Assembly (NCBI GenBank): GCA_963823505.1
Contig: CAWGLY010000005.1
Coordinates: 1,218,370 to 1,282,369 of the forward strand
From: an uncultured Acidimicrobiia bacterium
GTDB lineage: Bacteria > Actinomycetota > Acidimicrobiia > Spongiisociales > UBA5794
Direction of reading: 5' to 3'
DNA: 64,000 nucleotides
The notes under the pieces are model-generated. The model ran no database searches, was not told where the DNA came from, and saw nothing but the letters and a program-made list of their open reading frames with translations. Positions 9,427-18,507 of this stretch are shown here, in pieces; position 1 is the stretch's first letter, and the number at the start of each line of letters is the position of its first letter. A program made the translations under genes and the position numbers.

Positions 9427-9876
9427 TCACGCGCCCCAGCGGTTCACCATGGCGACGATGGTGAACACCACCAGCGCGGTGTCGAGCACACCCCACGGCA
9501 GGTAACTCTTGACCACCACATTGCCCGCGGCGTCGTCGCCGCTCCCGAACTCTGCGGCTGCAGAATCTGCCTTCGGGCCGAACACCCGCATCCCCAGCAC
9601 AGCTCCAATGACGACCGTGGCGATGCCGATGACGACAAAAGCCTGCTCGAAGTCGTACACCTCCGAATCCAGCACCATCCAGAAGCCGGTGATCAGGATG
9701 ATGATGGCTGCCGGGGTGTACAGCACCCGTCCCATCGTCGAGATGGACCCCATCCACGCCGCGGCAGCGACACCTCCCTGCGCACGTAGCTTGGGGGTGA
9801 CGACGGCTTGCGTGACGTTGGCGCCAAGCCAGGTGCCCACCGCCAGAATGTGAATGACCAGCAGAATCTCTCGCAC
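9427..9876 (-). CDS. Small integral membrane protein (DUF2269-like)
   Basis: GTG at 9876 preceded by GGGGAGGG. Four hydrophobic segments (ILLVIHILAVGTWLGANV; AAIIILITGFWMVL; AFVVIGIATVVIGAVLG; ALVVFTIVAMV). The upstream in-frame stretch looks like antisense of the adjacent gene region. Confidence 0.45.
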   Translation of the reverse strand: MREILLVIHILAVGTWLGANVTQAVVTPKLRAQGGVAAAAWMGSISTMGRVLYTPAAIIILITGFWMVLDSEVYDFEQAFVVIGIATVVIGAVLGMRVFGPKADSAAAEFGSGDDAAGNVVVKSYLPWGVLDTALVVFTIVAMVNRWGA

Positions 9877-10077
9877 GGACCCTCCCCTTCTTGACCAGCC
9901 GGGGAAGCGTAGCGGACGCAATGTGCGCGTCGTCTGCAGGCAGCGGCTCTCGACCTGCCGCCGTTCGTGCGCACCGTCCCCCGCAGGGGCTGAGCAATGA
10001 CGCCTCGTGATCCTGCGCCGCCATCGTACGGAGCCCGTTCTGTAGGATTGCCCACCGCCACGAGGTGACCGGCTCAC

Positions 10078-11673
10078 ATGGACGTCGCATTCATCATTGT
10101 TGCGTTCGCCTTTGGGTTCGCTGCTGCCGCGCTGCGCTTGCCCCCTCTCGTCGGCTACCTCATTGCCGGGTTCCTGCTGCACGCATTGGGGTTCGAGACG
10201 ACCGAGGCCATCGAAGTCATTGCCGACTTCGGTGTTCTCCTGCTGCTGTTCGGCATCGGGCTCAAACTGAAGCTCCGAACTCTGGCGCGGCCTGCAGTCT
10301 GGGGCGGAGCCAGCGTCCATCTTGCGCTGATGATCACCGTGTTCGGGATGCTGTTCGTGGTCCTCCGAGCCCTTGCCGTCCCCCTGATCACGGAGCTGTC
10401 GATCGACCAGCTGGTACTGATCGCCTTCGCGTTCTCATTCTCCAGCACGGTGTACGCCGTCAAGGCGCTGGAAGACCGCAACGAGTCGGGTTCGCTGCAA
10501 GGTCGGATTTCGGTGGGAATCCTGATCGTGCAGGACATCTTTGCCGTCACGTACTTGACGATCTCGGTCGACACGCTCCCCTCCCCGTGGGCTCTCCCCG
10601 TCGTAGTCGCCGTCGTTGCCGCTCGGCCGGTCTACGGTTGGCTGCTCGATCGAAGTGGCCACGGCGAACTTCTGATCCTGCTCGGGTTCGTGCTGGCAAT
10701 CGGCGTTGGTGCGGGTACGTTCGACCTGGTCGGCCTCAAGGCCGATCTTGGTGCGTTGATCGTTGGTCTGACCTTGGCGAACCACCGACGCGCCCCTGAG
10801 ATCGCCCAGACACTGCTGGATTTCAAGGACATTTTGCTGATCGGCTTCTTCTTGTCGATCGGTCTCGGCGGTGCGCCTGGTCCGGCAGCGGTGGGCGTCG
10901 CCGTGGCGGCGTTGCTCCTGCTCCCGCTCAAGGCAGCGGGCTTCGTCTTCATCCTCACGAGATTCCGGCTTCGGGCCCGGACGTCGTGGCACAGCTCGGT
11001 CACCCTGGCGACGTTCAGCGAGTTCGGCCTGATCGTCGTGGCGGCAGCCGTGGAACAGGGCACGCTCGACCAACAATGGAGCTCGGCGGTCGCCGTGGCG
11101 GTGGCCGCGTCGTTTGCATTGGTGGCACCACTCAACACCCGACGTTATGCCATCTATGCGAGGTGGTCGAAGTGGTTGGGAAAGCTGGAGCGCAGCCCTA
11201 TCGATCCTGACGATGCCTTGATCGAGCCCGACGACGCCAACGTGATGGTTTTTGGCATGGGGCGGGTCGGCGCCGGCGCCTACGACGAGATCGTGGCGCG
11301 TCGCGGGAGCGTCGCGCTGGCCGTCGACCGGGTACCAGACGTGGTGTCTGACCATGTTGCCGCGGGCCGCCGCGTGATCCGTGGTGACGCGCTCGACAGC
11401 GACTTCTGGGATCGGGTGCGGTTGCACGCCGGCATCGAGCTGGTCGTCCTCGCCATGAGCAGCCACCAGGCCAACCTCGAAGCGGTCAGCCGCGTCCGCA
11501 CAACCTTGCCGGCTGTGCGCATCGCGGCAACGGCGACCCACCCAGACGAGGTCGCAGAGTTGGAGACAGCCGGCGTCGATGTCGCCCGCAACCTGTACGG
11601 TGAAGCAGGCCAAGGCCTCGCCGATGACGCCTGCGACCTTCTGGACCTGTCCGAGTCCGAGTGGAACGATTGA
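10078..11673 (+). CDS. Cation:proton antiporter (CPA2) with C-terminal RCK/TrkA-N domain (KefB/YbaL-like)
   Basis: 531 aa. Multi-TM N-terminus followed by VMVFGMGRVGAGAYDEIVARRGSVALAVD Rossmann (TrkA-N) domain. Confidence 0.8.
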   Translation: MDVAFIIVAFAFGFAAAALRLPPLVGYLIAGFLLHALGFETTEAIEVIADFGVLLLLFGIGLKLKLRTLARPAVWGGASVHLALMITVFGMLFVVLRALAVPLITELSIDQLVLIAFAFSFSSTVYAVKALEDRNESGSLQGRISVGILIVQDIFAVTYLTISVDTLPSPWALPVVVAVVAARPVYGWLLDRSGHGELLILLGFVLAIGVGAGTFDLVGLKADLGALIVGLTLANHRRAPEIAQTLLDFKDILLIGFFLSIGLGGAPGPAAVGVAVAALLLLPLKAAGFVFILTRFRLRARTSWHSSVTLATFSEFGLIVVAAAVEQGTLDQQWSSAVAVAVAASFALVAPLNTRRYAIYARWSKWLGKLERSPIDPDDALIEPDDANVMVFGMGRVGAGAYDEIVARRGSVALAVDRVPDVVSDHVAAGRRVIRGDALDSDFWDRVRLHAGIELVVLAMSSHQANLEAVSRVRTTLPAVRIAATATHPDEVAELETAGVDVARNLYGEAGQGLADDACDLLDLSESEWND

Positions 11674-11727
11674 CGCGGCATGGCTCGGTCGCGGCGGCCG
11701 GCGGGTGCGTTCTGCCGCACCCCGGTT

Positions 11728-12123
11728 CTAGGACTCGGACCTCTCCAAGCGCAGCGATGCCGAGTTCATGCAGTAGCGCTGTCCGGTCGGCTGCGGGCCG
11801 TCGGAGAAGACGTGGCCGAGATGGGCCCCGCAGTTTGCGCAGACGACCTCGGTGCGGGGCATCACCAGCTTGAAGTCCCGCCGGTTCTCGACCGCAGAGG
11901 TCTCGATCGGCTCCCAGAACGACGGCCACCCGCTGCCGGAGTCGTATTTCGTCTCGGAAGAGAACAGCGCCTCGTCGCAGACGATGCACTTGTAGACGCC
12001 ATCGTCCTTGGCATCCCAGTACTCCCCGGTGAACGGCCGCTCTGTACCGGCCTCCTGGGTTACGTGGTACTGCAAATCATTCAAACGTTGCCGGAGCTCC
12101 GGGTCTTCTGTGCGTTTTGCCAT
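11728..12123 (-). CDS. msrB: Peptide-methionine (R)-S-oxide reductase
   Basis: 131 aa; CxxC...CxxC zinc motifs ([20 protein letters not shown]) and SelR catalytic region (GWPSF). Confidence 0.9.
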   Translation of the reverse strand: MAKRTEDPELRQRLNDLQYHVTQEAGTERPFTGEYWDAKDDGVYKCIVCDEALFSSETKYDSGSGWPSFWEPIETSAVENRRDFKLVMPRTEVVCANCGAHLGHVFSDGPQPTGQRYCMNSASLRLERSES

Positions 12124-12196
12124 GCCCAGATCGTACCGATGCCAGATCGCTAGCGGACCGCCACGCTTGTCGCACCACGTCCCCTACGCTGAGGTC

Positions 12197-13624
12197 ATGC
12201 CGGATGCAGCGGCTCGACCCGCCACGCTTGGGGACCTGCGCGCTTCGGGCTGGCGCGACCGGACGGTGAAACAGGAGCTGCGCCACAACGCCATCGAACG
12301 GCTGCGGGCCGGGCAGGACCTCTTTCCCGGGATCCTCGGGTTTGAAGACACCGTGCTCCCTGCGCTGGAGCGGGCGCTCCTGGCCGGCCACGACATCGTG
12401 TTGCTCGGCGAGCGCGGTCAGGCCAAGACACGACTGATCCGGGGCCTCGTAGCTCTCCTCGACGCCGAGATCCCGTGCATCGCCGGCGGCGAGGTCAACG
12501 ACTCGCCCTTTGCCCCCGTGAGTGCCTTCGCCATCGGACAGATCGCCGAGCTCGGCGACGCAGCACCCATCGTGTGGCTGCCCAGGGAGCGTCGCTACGG
12601 GGAGAAGCTGGCGACGCCGGACACATCAGTCGCCGACCTGATTGGTGACGTCGATCCCATCCGGGTGGCCGAGGGCCGCTACCTGTCGGACGAGTTTGTC
12701 ATCCACTACGGGCTGGTGCCCCGCACCAACCGCGGCATCTTCTCGATCAACGAGCTTCCCGATCTCCCGGCTCGAATCCAGGTGGCCCTGTTCAACGTGC
12801 TGGAGGAGCGCGACGTCCAGATCCGGGGCTTCCAGGTGCGCATGCCCGTCGACCTGATGCTCGTGGCAACGGCGAACCCAGAGGACTACACCAACCGCGG
12901 CCGCATCATCACTCCGCTCAAGGACCGTTTTGGCAGCGAGATCCGCACCCACTACCCGGTGGACCCCGCGCACGAGATCGACATCATGGACCAGGAATTC
13001 ACCGTCGCATCGGATGACATCCCGGTCGTCGTCCCTGAGTTCATGAAGGAGATCCTCGCCGAGTTCTCCCGGCTCGCCAGGCGGTCCCCCCACATCAACC
13101 AGCGGGCAGGAGTGTCGGTGCGGCTGTCGATCGCCAACCTCGAGACCGTCGCAGCCTCGGCGGTGCGGCGAGCGATCCGCCGTGGCGAGGATGAGGCGGT
13201 GCCCCGGATCGCCGACTTACCCACCACGTTGCAGAGCTCAGGAGGACGCATCGAGTTCGAGACCTTCGAAGAGGACCGCAAAGACGACATCCTCACCCAG
13301 ATCATGGGTCATGCCGTGCTCGAGGTGTTCATGGAGCGGCTGAGGGGCCACGACCTCGGCTGGCTGACAGAGCCATTCGACCACGACGGATTTGTCATCG
13401 AGGCCGGCGACCTCACTCCGGCCGCCGACATCGTTGGGCCGTTCGCAGAAGCACCTGGCCTGGGAGCCCTGCTGCAACGACTCGGCATCGAGCGGGCAAG
13501 CCTCGGGCTCTCCGCCGCGGCGGTGGAGCTCGCTCTCGAAGGTCTCCATCTGTCTCGACGCCTGAACAAGAGCCGGCTCGGCAGGGGCGGCGGTCGCTAC
13601 TCGGCGAACCTCAGCTCCCTATGA
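12197..13624 (+). CDS. ChlI/BchI-like (Mg-chelatase-type) AAA+ ATPase
   Basis: Walker A-like LLGERGQAKT. Central region VRMPVDLMLVATANPEDYTNRGRIITPLKDRFG matches the BchI pattern (...NPEEG...LLDRFG). Start uncertain: ATG at 12197, 12122 or 12008; 12122 overlaps the msrB start codon. Confidence 0.7.
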   Translation: MPDAAARPATLGDLRASGWRDRTVKQELRHNAIERLRAGQDLFPGILGFEDTVLPALERALLAGHDIVLLGERGQAKTRLIRGLVALLDAEIPCIAGGEVNDSPFAPVSAFAIGQIAELGDAAPIVWLPRERRYGEKLATPDTSVADLIGDVDPIRVAEGRYLSDEFVIHYGLVPRTNRGIFSINELPDLPARIQVALFNVLEERDVQIRGFQVRMPVDLMLVATANPEDYTNRGRIITPLKDRFGSEIRTHYPVDPAHEIDIMDQEFTVASDDIPVVVPEFMKEILAEFSRLARRSPHINQRAGVSVRLSIANLETVAASAVRRAIRRGEDEAVPRIADLPTTLQSSGGRIEFETFEEDRKDDILTQIMGHAVLEVFMERLRGHDLGWLTEPFDHDGFVIEAGDLTPAADIVGPFAEAPGLGALLQRLGIERASLGLSAAAVELALEGLHLSRRLNKSRLGRGGGRYSANLSSL

Positions 13625-15564
13625 CGGCCCATCGCTACTCCCGGTGGGACGGGAGCCAAGATCCGCTCGCCGATCTGGCGTCTGCGGATCAGCTCGCCGA
13701 CGCGTTTGCCGATCGAGTGCTCCACGGGATGAGCGCCGAACGGGCCATGCGGCGAATGCTCGAAGACGGACTCCCCGGGCGCTTCGGCGGTTTGCAGAAC
13801 ATGCGCAACCGGCTGCGGGACCTCCAGGAGCAGCGGCGCAGCCAAAGCAAGCTCGGCAGCGCCCTCGATGAGCTGGCCGGCGACCTCGCCGATATCGTGG
13901 CCATGGAACAGTCGGCTCTCTCCGAGTCGAAGGACGACGATGCCCGCTTCCAGGAGGCGGTCCTGGCCAACCTGCCCCACGATCCGGCGGGTCAGATCCG
14001 GGCGTTGCAGGACTACCAATTCCGATCCGACGAGGCGGCTGCCGCTTTCGCGGCGATGCTCGAGGGACTCCGCCACCAGTTGCTGGACGCCTATCTGGGC
14101 CAGATTGCAGAGGGTATGCAGAGTCTGTCGGAAGACGACATGGCTGCGCTGCGCAACATGCTCGCCGACCTCAACCGCATGCTGGAACAACAGCAGGCGG
14201 GCACGGGACCTTCTGACGAGGAATTCGCATCGTTCATGGATGAGCACGGGCGCTTCTTCCCCGAGAATCCCAAGGACCTCGACGAGCTGCTGGAGGCCAT
14301 CGCGCGGCGGGCGGCGGCGATGAGCCGGTTCATGGCATCGTTGAGCCCGGAACAGCAGACGCAGCTCCGGGATCTCGCCAACGACCTGATGGGAGACATG
14401 GATCTGTCCTTCGAGGTCAGCAGGCTCAACGCCAACCTGCGCGGGATGCTGCCCGGTATGGGATGGGATCAGAACGTCCAGTTCGACGGTGACCAGTCGA
14501 TGGGCATGGGCGAAGCCCTCTCTGAGATCGAGGCCCTGTCGGAGTTCGAGCAGCTCGAAGCCTGCATGCGCCAGGACTACCCGGGTGCCTCCCTCGACGA
14601 CATCGACACCGAGGAGGTCGCTCGTCTGCTCGGCGACGATGCGGCTCGAGACGTCGAAGCCCTCAAGGAGATCGAACGCATGCTCCAAGAGTCGGGCATG
14701 ATCTCCAAGGAGCGTGGGCAAACCCAGATCACCCCCCGCGGCATCCGCAAGCTGGGCGAGCGAGCCCTGGCCACCGTCTTCGAACGGCTGGATCTCGACC
14801 GGGCCGGCAGTCACGAAGTCCACCAGGTGGGCGGCTTCGGGGAGCCGACAGGGCAAACGAGAGAGTGGCGCTTCGGCGATCCCTTCCGGATCGACCTCAG
14901 GGCGACCATCAGCAATGCGGTGCTCCGGGACGGACCGAGTGACGGGCGGGTGCGGCTCGTCCCCGACGACTTCATGCTCGCCGAAGCCGAAACCCGCACA
15001 TCGACGGCGACGGTGCTGCTGCTCGACATGAGCCGGTCGATGCCGATGCGGGGCCACTGGGAGCACGCCCGCCGGATGACCTTTGCGCTGCATACGCTCA
15101 TCCAGAGCCAGTACCCGGAAGACCGACTCCACATCGTCGGCTTCTCCGACTACGCCAGGGTGTTGCGTCCTACCGACCTGGCAGCCGTCGAGTGGGAGCC
15201 GGTATACGGCACCAACTACGAGCACGCGTTCCTGCTCGCAGGGCGATTGCTCTCGAAGGAGTCTTCCGGCGCACGCCAGGTGATTCTCGTCACCGACGGC
15301 GAGCCGACTGCTCACCTCGTCGGCGACCAGGTGTTCTTCAACTGGCCACCCGTGCCCGAAACGCTGCACCGCAGCTTGCGGGAGGCACAACGCCTGGCCA
15401 GAGGCGGGGTCACCATGAACATCTTCATGCTGGAAGACGAACCGAGGTTGGCGCATTTCATCGATCGCCTCGCCAAGCTCGTCCAGGGCCGTGTCTTCTC
15501 CGTCCCCGACAGCGACCTCGGCGGCTTCGTCGTGAGCGACTACGTGCGCAGCAGGGGCGGCTGA
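13621..15564 (+). CDS. von Willebrand factor A (vWA) domain protein, partner of the ChlI-like ATPase
   Basis: 647 aa. C-terminal vWA with MIDAS LLLDMSRSM (DxSxS) and VILVTDGEPT. ATG overlaps the upstream stop (ATGA at 13621-13624). Confidence 0.7.
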   Translation: MTAHRYSRWDGSQDPLADLASADQLADAFADRVLHGMSAERAMRRMLEDGLPGRFGGLQNMRNRLRDLQEQRRSQSKLGSALDELAGDLADIVAMEQSALSESKDDDARFQEAVLANLPHDPAGQIRALQDYQFRSDEAAAAFAAMLEGLRHQLLDAYLGQIAEGMQSLSEDDMAALRNMLADLNRMLEQQQAGTGPSDEEFASFMDEHGRFFPENPKDLDELLEAIARRAAAMSRFMASLSPEQQTQLRDLANDLMGDMDLSFEVSRLNANLRGMLPGMGWDQNVQFDGDQSMGMGEALSEIEALSEFEQLEACMRQDYPGASLDDIDTEEVARLLGDDAARDVEALKEIERMLQESGMISKERGQTQITPRGIRKLGERALATVFERLDLDRAGSHEVHQVGGFGEPTGQTREWRFGDPFRIDLRATISNAVLRDGPSDGRVRLVPDDFMLAEAETRTSTATVLLLDMSRSMPMRGHWEHARRMTFALHTLIQSQYPEDRLHIVGFSDYARVLRPTDLAAVEWEPVYGTNYEHAFLLAGRLLSKESSGARQVILVTDGEPTAHLVGDQVFFNWPPVPETLHRSLREAQRLARGGVTMNIFMLEDEPRLAHFIDRLAKLVQGRVFSVPDSDLGGFVVSDYVRSRGG

Positions 15565-15837
15565 ACTTCACATATCAGGATCGGAGCTGAGCGCTCTCTC
15601 CATTGCGCCGCACCGCACCGATTGGTGGCACTGTTCTGGATAGAGGGTCCCCACGAGCTCGTCGAGTTCCAGGTCGAGACGCCACAGGGCAGGACGAGCG
15701 CGTGGCTCAGCATCCCGGTCGTCGCCCCGGTGCTGTGGGAGAGTCGAGGTGGCCAACAAAGAGCCGGAGCCGCTCGTCGGTCTGTGGGTGGCGGTCTTCA
15801 AGCAGGAGATCTAGAGCCGCCCCTGTAGGGTTCGGTC

Positions 15838-16605
15838 ATGGGCGATCTCCCCGACTACGTGCAGCTCAACCGGGACCACTGGAACAAGCACGCCGCCGGC
15901 TGGGTCGAGATGGGCGAACGGGCTTGGGTGTCCGAGCCGTCGTGGGGCATCTGGTCCATCCCGGAGAGCGAGCTCCGGCTGTTGCCGGATGACATGACCG
16001 GCATGCGGACGATCGAACTTGGTTGCGGCACCGGATACGTCTCGGCGTGGATGATCCGGCGCGGCGCCGAGGCGGTCGGGATCGATGTGTCGGAGGAGCA
16101 GCTTGCGACGGCGCGCCGTCTCGCCGACGAACACGGAGTGGACGTCACTCTCATCGAAGGCAACGCCGAGTCCCTCCCCTACCCGGACGAGTCGTTCGAC
16201 CTCGCCGTGTCGGAGTACGGCGCCGCCATCTGGGCCGATCCGTACGTTTGGATCCCCGAAGCGTGGCGGGTGCTGAAACCCGGAGGCGAACTGGTCCTCC
16301 TCGGCAACCATCCCCTGGTCATGCTCACGCAGCCGCTCGATGAAGACGTCCCGGCGATGCGCACGCTCCTCCACCCCTACTTCGGCATGCATCGATTCGA
16401 CTGGGACGACGGCGAGGACCAAGGCGTCGATTTCAATCTCACGATCTCGGCCTGGCACAAGCTGTTCGCCGACGTCGGGTTCGAGTTCCTCGAATACCAC
16501 GAGCTGCAATCACCCCAACGCGGCGAGGAAGTGCGGTTCTACGCCACGGCAGATTGGGCGCACGACTATCCGACCGAACAGGTCTGGAAGGTCCGCAAGC
16601 GCTAG
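15838..16605 (+). CDS. Class I SAM-dependent methyltransferase
   Basis: Motif I IELGCGTGYVS and motif post-I/II region; 255 aa. Confidence 0.8.
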   Translation: MGDLPDYVQLNRDHWNKHAAGWVEMGERAWVSEPSWGIWSIPESELRLLPDDMTGMRTIELGCGTGYVSAWMIRRGAEAVGIDVSEEQLATARRLADEHGVDVTLIEGNAESLPYPDESFDLAVSEYGAAIWADPYVWIPEAWRVLKPGGELVLLGNHPLVMLTQPLDEDVPAMRTLLHPYFGMHRFDWDDGEDQGVDFNLTISAWHKLFADVGFEFLEYHELQSPQRGEEVRFYATADWAHDYPTEQVWKVRKR

Positions 16606-16689
16606 GAAGATCGGGGTCGCGGCGTATCCCCACTCACAGAGCACCATCACAGGGGCTGCGACTCCCCCGCACAGATCTACGATTGGCCG

Positions 16690-17835
16690 ATGGAGTTCAC
16701 CACTGAGCATCGCCAGTTCCGCAAGCTCGTCCGGAGCTTCGTCGACAACGAGATCAACCCTCACGTCGACGAGTGGGAGGCCGAGGGGATGATGCCGCTC
16801 CACCACATCTTCTCCCACATGGCGGAACTGGGTTTGATGGGCCTCGAATACGACCCGGCGTACGGAGGTCAGGGCGCAGAGCACCTGTACTCGGTCATCG
16901 CCGCCGAGGAGTTCGGAAGGGCGGCCCACGGCGCCATCGGCATGGCCGCAGGAGTGCAGGTGGGTATGGCCACGCCTTCCCTCCACGATTTCGGCTCTGA
17001 GGAGCTCAAGCAGAAGTACCTCGCCCCCGCGATGCGCGGAGAGATGGTGTGCTCCATCGCAGTCACGGAGCCGGATGCCGGCTCCGACGTTGCCGCTATC
17101 CGCACCAAAGCGGTGCGGGACGGCGACGAGTACGTCATCAACGGCTCGAAGATGTACATCACGAATGCTCTCCAAGCCGACTGGATCTGCCTGCTGGCGC
17201 GGACGTCTGACGAGGGTGGCTATGCCGGGATGAGCCAGATCGTCGTGCCCACCGACTCGCCAGGTTTCGAGATCTCCAAGAAGCTCGACAAGCTGGGGAT
17301 GCGCGCATCGGACACCGGGCTGCTGTCGTTCACCGACATGCGCGTGCCGGTCGAGAACGTGATCGGCGTCGAGGGGATGGGGTTCCAGCAGCAGATGGCG
17401 CAGTTCGTCATCGAGCGGATGTGGGCCGCCTACGGGTCGGTGGGTGCGTGCGAGCTGGCCCTGGAGAAGACCCGTGATTACCTGAAGCAGCGGGTGGTGT
17501 TCGGCAAGCCGCTGCTGAAGAACCAGTATCTGCAGTACCGGCTGGCCGAACTGGCGGCCGACGTGGACATGCTGAAGCACTACAACTACGCAACGGCCGA
17601 GGCCCACATGCGCGGGGAGAATCCGACCCGGTTCGCCACGATCGCCAAACTCAAGTCGGGCCGGCTGGTGCGGGAAGTTGCCGACTGGTGCCTGCAGTTC
17701 CACGGCGGTATCGGCTACATGGAGGAGACGTGGACCGCCCGCTTCCTCCGGGACAACCGTCTCAACGGTATCGGTGGGGGATCTGACGAGACCATGCTCC
17801 AGGTGCTCGCCCGCCTCGACGGGTATTGGATCTAG
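16690..17835 (+). CDS. Acyl-CoA dehydrogenase
   Basis: 381 aa; ACAD N/M/C domain pattern (CSIAVTEPDAGSD, YITNA, FHGGIGYMEE). Confidence 0.85.
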   Translation: MEFTTEHRQFRKLVRSFVDNEINPHVDEWEAEGMMPLHHIFSHMAELGLMGLEYDPAYGGQGAEHLYSVIAAEEFGRAAHGAIGMAAGVQVGMATPSLHDFGSEELKQKYLAPAMRGEMVCSIAVTEPDAGSDVAAIRTKAVRDGDEYVINGSKMYITNALQADWICLLARTSDEGGYAGMSQIVVPTDSPGFEISKKLDKLGMRASDTGLLSFTDMRVPVENVIGVEGMGFQQQMAQFVIERMWAAYGSVGACELALEKTRDYLKQRVVFGKPLLKNQYLQYRLAELAADVDMLKHYNYATAEAHMRGENPTRFATIAKLKSGRLVREVADWCLQFHGGIGYMEETWTARFLRDNRLNGIGGGSDETMLQVLARLDGYWI

Positions 17836-17853
17836 CCTGCGGCCCCCCGAACC

Positions 17854-17882
17854 CATAGCAATATGGATACAATATTGCTATG
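17854..17882 (+). promoter_or_regulatory. Perfect 11-bp inverted repeat (operator candidate) with embedded TACAAT -10-like box, overlapping the antitoxin start codon
   Basis: CATAGCAATAT-ggataca-ATATTGCTATG. AT-rich island in 70% GC DNA. TACAAT lies about 7 nt upstream of the ATG at 17880, suggesting a leaderless, autoregulated transcript. Confidence 0.5.
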
Positions 17883-18155
17883 TCTGGACGGATGAAGCCG
17901 ACACTCGTGCAACTCCCCGACGACCTGCTGCAGCGCCTCGACCATCGGGCACGGCGAGACGCCGTTTCGCGCTCGGAAGTGATCCGACAAGCGGTCCGTT
18001 CGTTTCTCGAGCCCGAGGAGAGCGCCGCGATCGCTCGTGCGTACCGGGAGGCCTACGAACGCTTCCCCCTCGACACGACCGACGACTGGGGTGATCTCGA
18101 GTCATTCCACAACGAGGTGACCCGCACCCGATCCGCCGCATCCGATCATTGGTGA
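17880..18155 (+). CDS. Ribbon-helix-helix (CopG/MazE-like) antitoxin
   Basis: 91 aa. N-terminal KPTLVQLPDDLLQRLDHRARRDAVSRSEVIRQAV RHH fold pattern. Overlaps the downstream toxin gene by 7 bp. Confidence 0.65.
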   Translation: MSGRMKPTLVQLPDDLLQRLDHRARRDAVSRSEVIRQAVRSFLEPEESAAIARAYREAYERFPLDTTDDWGDLESFHNEVTRTRSAASDHW

Positions 18156-18478
18156 CCGCCGTCCCCAACGTGCAATGGGGAGATGTCTGGTGGGTGGAGA
18201 CTCCCCAGATGACCCGCCGCCCTGCCGTCGTCGTCACCAGGCCGGAAGCGATTGGTGTTCTCCCGCGCTTGGTGGTGATCCCGGCGACCCGAACAGTGCG
18301 CGGCCTCCCCACCGAAGTGCATTTGGAGCGCAGCGACGGCATGCCCGGCGCCTGCGTGTTGAATCCTGATACTCCCGAATCAGTGCCGCGATCGATGCTC
18401 GTTGAGCACATCACGACGCTCTCCGCTGCCCGAATGCTCGAAGTGTGCGGGGCGTTGGCGTCCGCTTTCAACTGCTGA
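18149..18478 (+). CDS. MazF/PemK-family endoribonuclease toxin
   Basis: 109 aa. GDVWWVE...RPAVVVT...VIPAT pattern typical of MazF/PemK type II toxins. Confidence 0.7.
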   Translation: MVTAVPNVQWGDVWWVETPQMTRRPAVVVTRPEAIGVLPRLVVIPATRTVRGLPTEVHLERSDGMPGACVLNPDTPESVPRSMLVEHITTLSAARMLEVCGALASAFNC

Positions 18479-18507
18479 CGCGCCACCATCCTTGTCGCCG
18501 ACCTTGG

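Noticed and set aside
8957-10090. Single 377-aa minus ORF merging two genes
   Set aside because: The N-terminal two-thirds is His/Arg/Gly-rich junk in the wrong frame relative to the membrane-protein ORF (9427..9876). Only the C-terminal 142 aa from ATG 9385 were kept, as a low-confidence CDS.
10435-11613. 392-aa minus-strand ORF inside the CPA2 antiporter gene
   Set aside because: Antisense shadow. Arg/Asp/Gly-rich with no membrane segments.
13597-15456. 619-aa minus-strand ORF antisense to the vWA gene
   Set aside because: His/Arg/Pro-rich shadow ORF. The plus strand has a MIDAS-containing vWA domain.
16510-17856. 448-aa minus-strand ORF antisense to acyl-CoA dehydrogenase
   Set aside because: Shadow ORF. 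ACAD motifs are on the plus strand.
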